NCBI GenBank assembly: GCA_963693365.1
Contig: CAVNZM010000006.1
Location: 6,799,264 to 6,863,263 of the forward strand
Length of the DNA stretch: 64,000 bases
From: Amoebidium appalachense
Lineage: Eukaryota; Protista; Ichthyosporea
Direction of reading: 5' to 3'
This document shows, piece after piece, positions 57,555 to 64,000 of this stretch; within the stretch, counting starts at the first letter, position 1; each line of letters starts with the position of its first letter. Both the position numbers and the translations under genes were made by a program. Under the pieces are notes generated by a model. That model saw nothing but the letters and a program-made list of their open reading frames with translations, was not told the origin of the DNA and did no database searches.

Positions 57555-59893
57555 GAGTTCCCAGGAGCAAATTGCGTATAATTACCTTGCAGCGGCCTGC
57601 CTGTTCTTGAGTCTTTTCTTTGACTGCTCGTCTGCCCTGCTGCTGTCCTCCCCACTGCCCTCGTCCCCACTCGGCTCCTCTGTGTCCTCCCCCGCCTCTT
57701 TCTTTGATTTGTGCTCTTCCTTTACTTCCCTCTTTGCTCGTCTCTGCCCCTCTCCCACCTCTTTCTTTGCTCGCCTCCCCCTCTCCTCGGCGTCTCTCTT
57801 TGCTCGTTTCTGTTCGTCTCCTGGCCCCATCTTCTCGGTCTTTCCTGCCACATCCACATCATCTGCACTTGTGCCATTGGCCGGGTTTGTCCGTCTCATC
57901 TTTCGGCGTCGATGCCTCTCCTCTTCGTCTTCCGGCTCTGGTTTTGGCGTGTGCAGGCGCTGTGTGGCTATTGATGGGTGTGTGTCGCGCCTAGAAGGGG
58001 TCGGTGGGCTGGTCCGGCCCGGAAGCATAGTCTGTTCCGCTTGCTCGCTCTTGGGTGCACCAAAATACTCCGCTGGCCATGACGGAGAGGAGAATCCATC
58101 CACTCCCCTCGCACCGTGTTTAGCAAAGGGACCCCACATGTCTGTATCATACACAGGCCCGGACTGCCAGTAAGAGAGTGTGTGCCTGCGTGCAGGGGGT
58201 TCCCTGCGCGTCTCTGCTGGGTGGAAGCCAGACAGGACGGGGGAGGGGGCCGTAGCAGCCGAATCCACGGACCACTGCCTTGCATATGAGTCTTGGGCCT
58301 GTCGCCAGGTGCTATAGTCTGCAGGGGGGTGGTGTTGTGTGTGCCGGCCCAGGCTGTATGTGTCGTGTAGGTGGCTGGCGTCGGATGACTGACGCGGGGA
58401 GTGGAAGTGGGAACTGGGAAAGTGGTCGTGGTAGCTGTTGGAACAGACATGAGATGAGAGATGAGAAAGTGAGCATGTGTTTAATTTTTATTTTCTTTTT
58501 TGTCTAGGTTTTTGTCTTCCCCCCCCTTTTACTCTTTATTTTTTAACATAGTATTTGTTCATTCCTTTCTTTCTTTTATTTTTTTTTTGTGGGGGTGTGG
58601 GGGGTGGGAGGGGGGAGGAGGGGCTGGGCTTGCGAATCTTCAACAGTGACAGGGGGAGGATCTTGCGCATGTGCACATTGGTCCGAAAGCAAATTTTTAA
58701 AGTTGTTTACAGAAATGTGCACAAATGTACGACCAATGGGCAATGTGCCGCAAGTCGTGAGTTCGCTTGCCATGTACGACTCTGCGGAAATGTGCCTGCG
58801 GAATGAGACACGCCCATACCACAAGTCCAGCCTAGGCTACTTGCAATCAGACTGCCTTTCGATACCAACGGCAACAGTTGTTGCTACACCCCAATGAGCA
58901 GAAGTTCAAAGGCAGGCCAGGAGATGACATGGCATGCATGGGTGGGAAATCACATAGAGACAAACATAAGAGGAGATAGCAGCTAGGGCTGCTGGTGGTG
59001 CCACGTAGCACGAGGAGGGCCATTGGGAGGGGAGGGAGGGATGCGTGTGGGGATTGGTGAATGGGCGATTGAATATTCAACCATGCACTCACCTGTGTGC
59101 TTGAAACTGGTCTGCTGCTGGGTGGCTGCATCGGCGTTTTGAAGCGTGCAACTCCACCTCAGGTAGGTCCCTGGGTTTGATTTCGACGTAAGAACACATA
59201 CAGTGTTGAAAGGCAAGAGGGGAAACGGAACATGTATTGTGAATCAGTGCTAGTCACTTCACATTAATAGTCATGATTGCACACATGGCCACCTATCGTT
59301 GATGTTGCACGGCCACGACGGTCCAGGACCTGAGTTCAACAACTATTATGACGCCACCCATAGACTCATCGTGGTTTGTTCATCAATGCGCTACATTAAT
59401 AACAGGCTAACCGGTAACCACATACCTGACGTCTTGGCTGTCTGGGCCGCGGCCAAATGAAAGCCTTGAGTCCAGCTGGTTTGCCTCGTCCCCTGCAAGT
59501 CGGTGTGCTGTTCAGTAAAGAAGCAGTGTGTGGGCCAAGCCCTGGCCCTATGCTTAGACAAAGTGAAAAACATTGGGTAACTTACGAGAATCTAAAAGGA
59601 GGTGCTTTATGCAGTAAGCATTTTAAACTGACCCAGCAACTAATGCCATATAGTAGTTGAGCTCTGCACGACACAGTGTCAACTACCGCTGCCAATCACT
59701 ATGGCTTCAAACTAGCCCGAGTCACAATGACCCGACCATGGAATTTCGCTTTCACTGGCACTTGCATTGTGCCTTTCCCGACGAGGATCATTGTTAGATT
59801 TGCGTAAATGGGTCTCTCACCGTGGGCTATAAAGTCCTGCAGAGTGTCCAGGTCCTGCTTAGACAGCTTGCTGAGTGCAAGCAGTACATCCAT
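56989..59893 (-). CDS. bZIP transcription factor of AP-1/ATF2/ATF3-like type (~408 aa)
   Basis: Exons 59821-59893, 59426-59492, 59093-59170, 57586-58434, 56989-57148, all GT-AG and in phase (1,227 nt). The basic region and zipper span the last intron: KKRLKNRQAAAR|CRYRRKQLISDLQQQVSGLVAVNDDLKAQVESL (N-x7-R, AAxxCR, heptad leucines). The three short 5' exons rest on splice and phase logic only. Confidence 0.82.
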
Positions 59894-61500
59894 GGCGGCA
59901 CGCAATCAGTGTGATTTGAAGCAGCTGCTGCGATACGATGAGGCCTGTTCAGCTATCCTAATGTTTTTTGGCAGTAATTGATGTGTGCTTGAATAGGCCT
60001 AGCCGTGCCTATCCTAATGCCATAAATTACGCAACTTATTCCAAAAAAGTTAACTAAATCTTATGAGCTTCACTTGGTGATGTTCGAGCCCATGTTAACT
60101 GTAATCCTCTGCCGGTCAATGAAAGCACAAGCCGCATATTCCATCACAAGCACTGTGACTTTTGGAACCCCTCTGTGACTAGTTACACAACTAACACGCC
60201 TGTGGCTCCCGTTCAACGTTCACTCAGCACTTATATACACAGGAAAAATTTGCAATTACGTCACCTCTACGCTTCCACTTCATGACGGAGTACGGTCGTA
60301 GGATACAGTACGTTGTGCTTTCAGGACGGGTTGGCCGTGCCCCAGCTTCCGAAGTTCGCGTACTCACTGTTTGCATGAACGGCCAAAGGTCACGGTCACA
60401 GCCTCGTTGTCTACTGGCTGAAATCCGTATCAGTTTGGTGCGTGCATGAGTGCTGGCCTACCAGCTCCGAAATACTTCTATTCCAAACAATTACACTAAA
60501 TAAACAAGTTATTCTAACAAAAATTTAAGAAAAAAAATATATATGGTGCGTTATTAAAAGGAAAGATAACATTGTCGATGGCTGGCTACATGAGTATACT
60601 TTTTTTACTTTAAAAACGATGCGTAACAGTTGTGACACACTCTGAGAGAGTAGTATAAAAGATGCGACGTATCATTGGTTGCATGTCACAGCACATAAGC
60701 GGACAAATCTTGTTGACAGCTTTCATTGGTTCTTGCCGACCGTCCGTATATGATTAGTTGATTACCATAAAAATCAGTAGGACCGGGTTTCGTTTTTTAA
60801 AGCAAGTCTGTTTTGTTTTTCAACAATACCCACTGTCTTCACTTGACAGCTGCCGCATAGCCTATCCTTTATAGGAGTCCCGGAGACTGGACAGTATGAT
60901 CGACCCTAAATGACAGCTCTTTTTTTACCTGTATGGATGTATGCATAAGGTTGTTTAGATCACGCTGGCTCATGGGCCGGTCACGCCGCATCTCCGGATC
61001 CGTTGCAACTTTTAGGATAGCACATGTTGTAGTAATGCTAAATCTTTTGTAACTTGGCCTCCGGTAGAAACTGCACATTGAAAGGGATTAAGTACTTGCC
61101 AGCATAAACTTTACAGTGACAGCGTATACAGCAAAATAAAATTAAAAATAATAGTATGCTTTGAATATGGAGTCTCCCCAAACTCCAGATACAATTCTGT
61201 AAAACGATTGGTTTACAAACACCCCCTCTATCCGAGCCGAGCCTCCTGAGCGTCGACCATTTTTTTTTCCTTCTTTTGACTCGGGTTTATTGATCCGTTG
61301 ATGAAGGCAACGTGCAGCCACAGGCTACATAACCACCAATAGAACTGAAAAAACCAAAGCTACGAAATAAAAATAAAGCGACAAGTGACAAAGGACACCA
61401 GCGGGAAAAACCTTAAGTGTACGTGTATGCGTGAAACTAGTTTGCTCCAACTAGTCATATGCATCGATGTTGACCAGACCACACTCCGCAAGAAGACATC

Positions 61501-62095
61501 ATGACTGCTCCTTCCCAACAGGCCCCTCTCAAAACCTATCGAGGCACAGCAAGCAAGTCAGCCTCTAAAAGAGCAATGCAGACCAAATCTGAGCTAAAAA
61601 ACAATCCCAACGGGCCCGGCCCCTAGATAACCCGGAGAAACTGCATCTAGCTCTTTAATAAGGTGGCCTAGTTGTGGCAGGACACACAGAAAAACACAAT
61701 TACAGAATGCATGCAAGCAAACCCGGTCATTGCCATACGACTGGAGGCTAAGGACTGGCAGTCACTTGGAAAGCTCCCCGACGACCAAGTAGCCGCCCCT
61801 CCTCTCACGCAGCGCAGAAGTAGCTGAAGAAGTTGCAGCAGCCCACCGCCAATATGTCGCGTAGAAGCGTAGACAGCGTGTAGAAGTTACCATAGGTTGC
61901 AGTGGACCACCAAGCGTTGAAGAAACCACTTCTCAAGCGAGAAACTCCGCGAAAGGGAGATGCCCCCACACTCTCACAGCAGTAGGAATACACCAGGCCA
62001 CACCACACACACGCTGCAGTCACGTTCCCCTGAGTGGGGCTCCCTCCCACCACAAAAAGAAGAAACGAAAGCCTTTATATACATGCCATGGTGAA
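61501..62095 (+). pseudogene. Possible decayed ORF of unknown, perhaps transposon, origin
   Basis: ATG at 61501 opens a protein-like frame interrupted by TAG at 61624, 61648 and 61669. After an apparent 1-nt shift near 61797 it reads LLSRSAEVAEEVAAAHRQYVA*KRRQRVEV. No homologue recognised. Confidence 0.3.
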
Positions 62096-62198
62096 GAATC
62101 GGGGAAAAAAAAAGAAAAAAAAAAGGAAAAAAAAAAAAAAAAAGTTGACGTGACAGCTAAGAGAGCGAAGTGAAAGTGAAGTCCGGAAGGGGAGGGGA

Positions 62199-62245
<47 letters not shown>

Positions 62246-64000
62246 GACGTAAACTTTGAATCTAAGAGATCGAAGTGAAAGTCAAGTCCATTTTTATTTT
62301 TTTTTGCCCTCCCCAAATTTGACCTGGCCCTTCGCAAGACTTGCGCGTCTTTGCAGGCTAAAATGATGGATAGCCACCCAGCAGCATCTTGCCAAATTTT
62401 GAAGGCCCCGATCGATGCTGACTATAATGGTGTTGCTCCACTGAGGCATAGGACTGGGCGTTGTATAAAAAGTAAAAATAAAAATATGATATCGATATAT
62501 ATCGTCGATATGTTCTCGCGATCGAATATTAGGCATTAGCTGTATGCATATGCTACGCGCGGCCCAGGCCCGACGAAACTTGATCTTATCTGTCCGCATG
62601 TATTCATAGTCAATGCAGTGCTTCCATTGAGTATTTGCGAGGCGCAATAACGTCAACGACTACTAATTAGCAATGTACACATGAAAGATTTATAAGACAA
62701 CAATATCGCTCTAAAGGCACCCCGCTCACGGGGGAACCCACAAGCCCCAATTTTGGAAATTCCCCCAAACCTCAAGTGTGTCCAACCAATCAATGCGCTG
62801 AGATGCACGGCCAATGATATGAGGGACTCGCACATTTGCGCACTTCCGAGAAGTTCCGAAACTGCACTTGAGCAGCAAACTGTCAACAAACAGTAGCCGG
62901 ACATTATTACTAAAAGTTTTTGTATGTATTTATGTATCAAACCTCTATTTATGTGTATGTGTTTATTGTAAGGATACATCACCGTTCAAAGCCTGCCACG
63001 GTACATTTTTAGTGGTGCTGCACCGAGGCTTCAATGGGATGTGCCGTGATGTATTTCTGCGAGCGGCTCGGCTCAGTCGTGATTTTGTAGCTAGATTATT
63101 TGTAGATAGGCCCGGGCGCCACCCGTACGGTGGCGCGTGACTGCAACCACCATGCATCCGCGCATGCACGTGCGCCTGTTGATGGCGTACTCTGAGACCT
63201 ATACAAAGGCCCTTGAGACACGTGACTGCATGCACATGGCCTGACACATGGATGTACACAATTCACTATTAGTGGTCACTAATTAGGTGGACATGTGTAC
63301 ATGTCCCGGCCTGGCTAGGAGATTTACATTAGATCCGCCGGTCGCAAGAAGAACGATCGTGCAGCCTGAGTGCAGTCATCACTGTGTCATCACTCACACG
63401 TACTGATGGTGTGCACGCGCTGCGATGAACTTGACGTTCGCTGCTCCGATTTTACCTTACACTCTCGCGACCGCGTGCATGCTTTCTGTCGCGGCGCCTC
63501 GACGGTTCGATAGAGTCCAGTGTTCGCTGAATGTGTAAGGAAAAATAAGGAGCCATCTCAGTAGGTGGCAGGTGTCATCATCACAACACCACAAATATAT
63601 TTACTAGTGATGATACCCGCAGTCAACGTACACGTGTCAGACACGTACGCGTGTGCGCGGGCAAAGCCGACACAAGCCCCTTGCCACTACAATTAGCTAG
63701 GACCTGTGGCCAACCGTGTGCCCCACATGCACATACTCGCAGCTTGAACACGCCGTGCCGGCCACTGGTGCGCTTGCCGTCGGCACTGCAACTGGCACAC
63801 ATTGTTGTGACACAGGAGCGTCTCTCTTTCTCTCGAACTCTCCCTGCAGTCTCTCTTCAACTCCCTCTCCCTCTCTCTTAGAGACTCTCTCTCTCGGCCC
63901 CCAAGTCTCTCATCACTCCTCTTCTCTCTCTCTCTCTCTCCTCCCTAGGCCTTTTCTTCTCTCTCTCTCCTCCCTCTTCTTCTCTCTCCCTCGGTGGCCC

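Noticed and set aside
61624-61671. TAG stop-codon reassignment
   Set aside because: CHMP1, MAX, the RhoGAP and the bZIP all end at TAG, with CHMP1 and MAX at the expected C-terminal position, and no modelled exon contains an in-frame TAG.

Overview
Eukaryotic, intron-dense genomic DNA. The gene set (Max, a GRAF/oligophrenin-type RhoGAP, an AP-1/ATF-type bZIP) and the short exons suggest a holozoan, possibly a choanoflagellate; this is inference. Almost all supplied ORFs are artefacts of G/C homopolymers and (CA/GT)n microsatellites that fill the introns. I assembled five genes by hand from splice sites and phase continuity: (1) the 5' ~1,070 codons of a divergent RME-8/DNAJC13 gene (- strand, 30 exons, running off the left edge), (2) CHMP1/Did2 (- strand, 7 exons), (3) an intronless Max (+ strand), (4) a BAR-PH-RhoGAP (+ strand, 25 exons) and (5) a bZIP factor (- strand, 5 exons). 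The most unusual signal is a repeat family found in about 7 introns of the RME-8 gene, always in the same orientation and with one fixed end abutting a G/C homopolymer. Its two divergent subfamilies keep a multi-helix fold with a canonical kink-turn on the transcribed strand. Also present: two GC-AG introns, a 1-nt frameshift in a C7 run, two MITE-like elements, duplicated exon ends, minisatellites and a possible decayed ORF near 61.5 kb.
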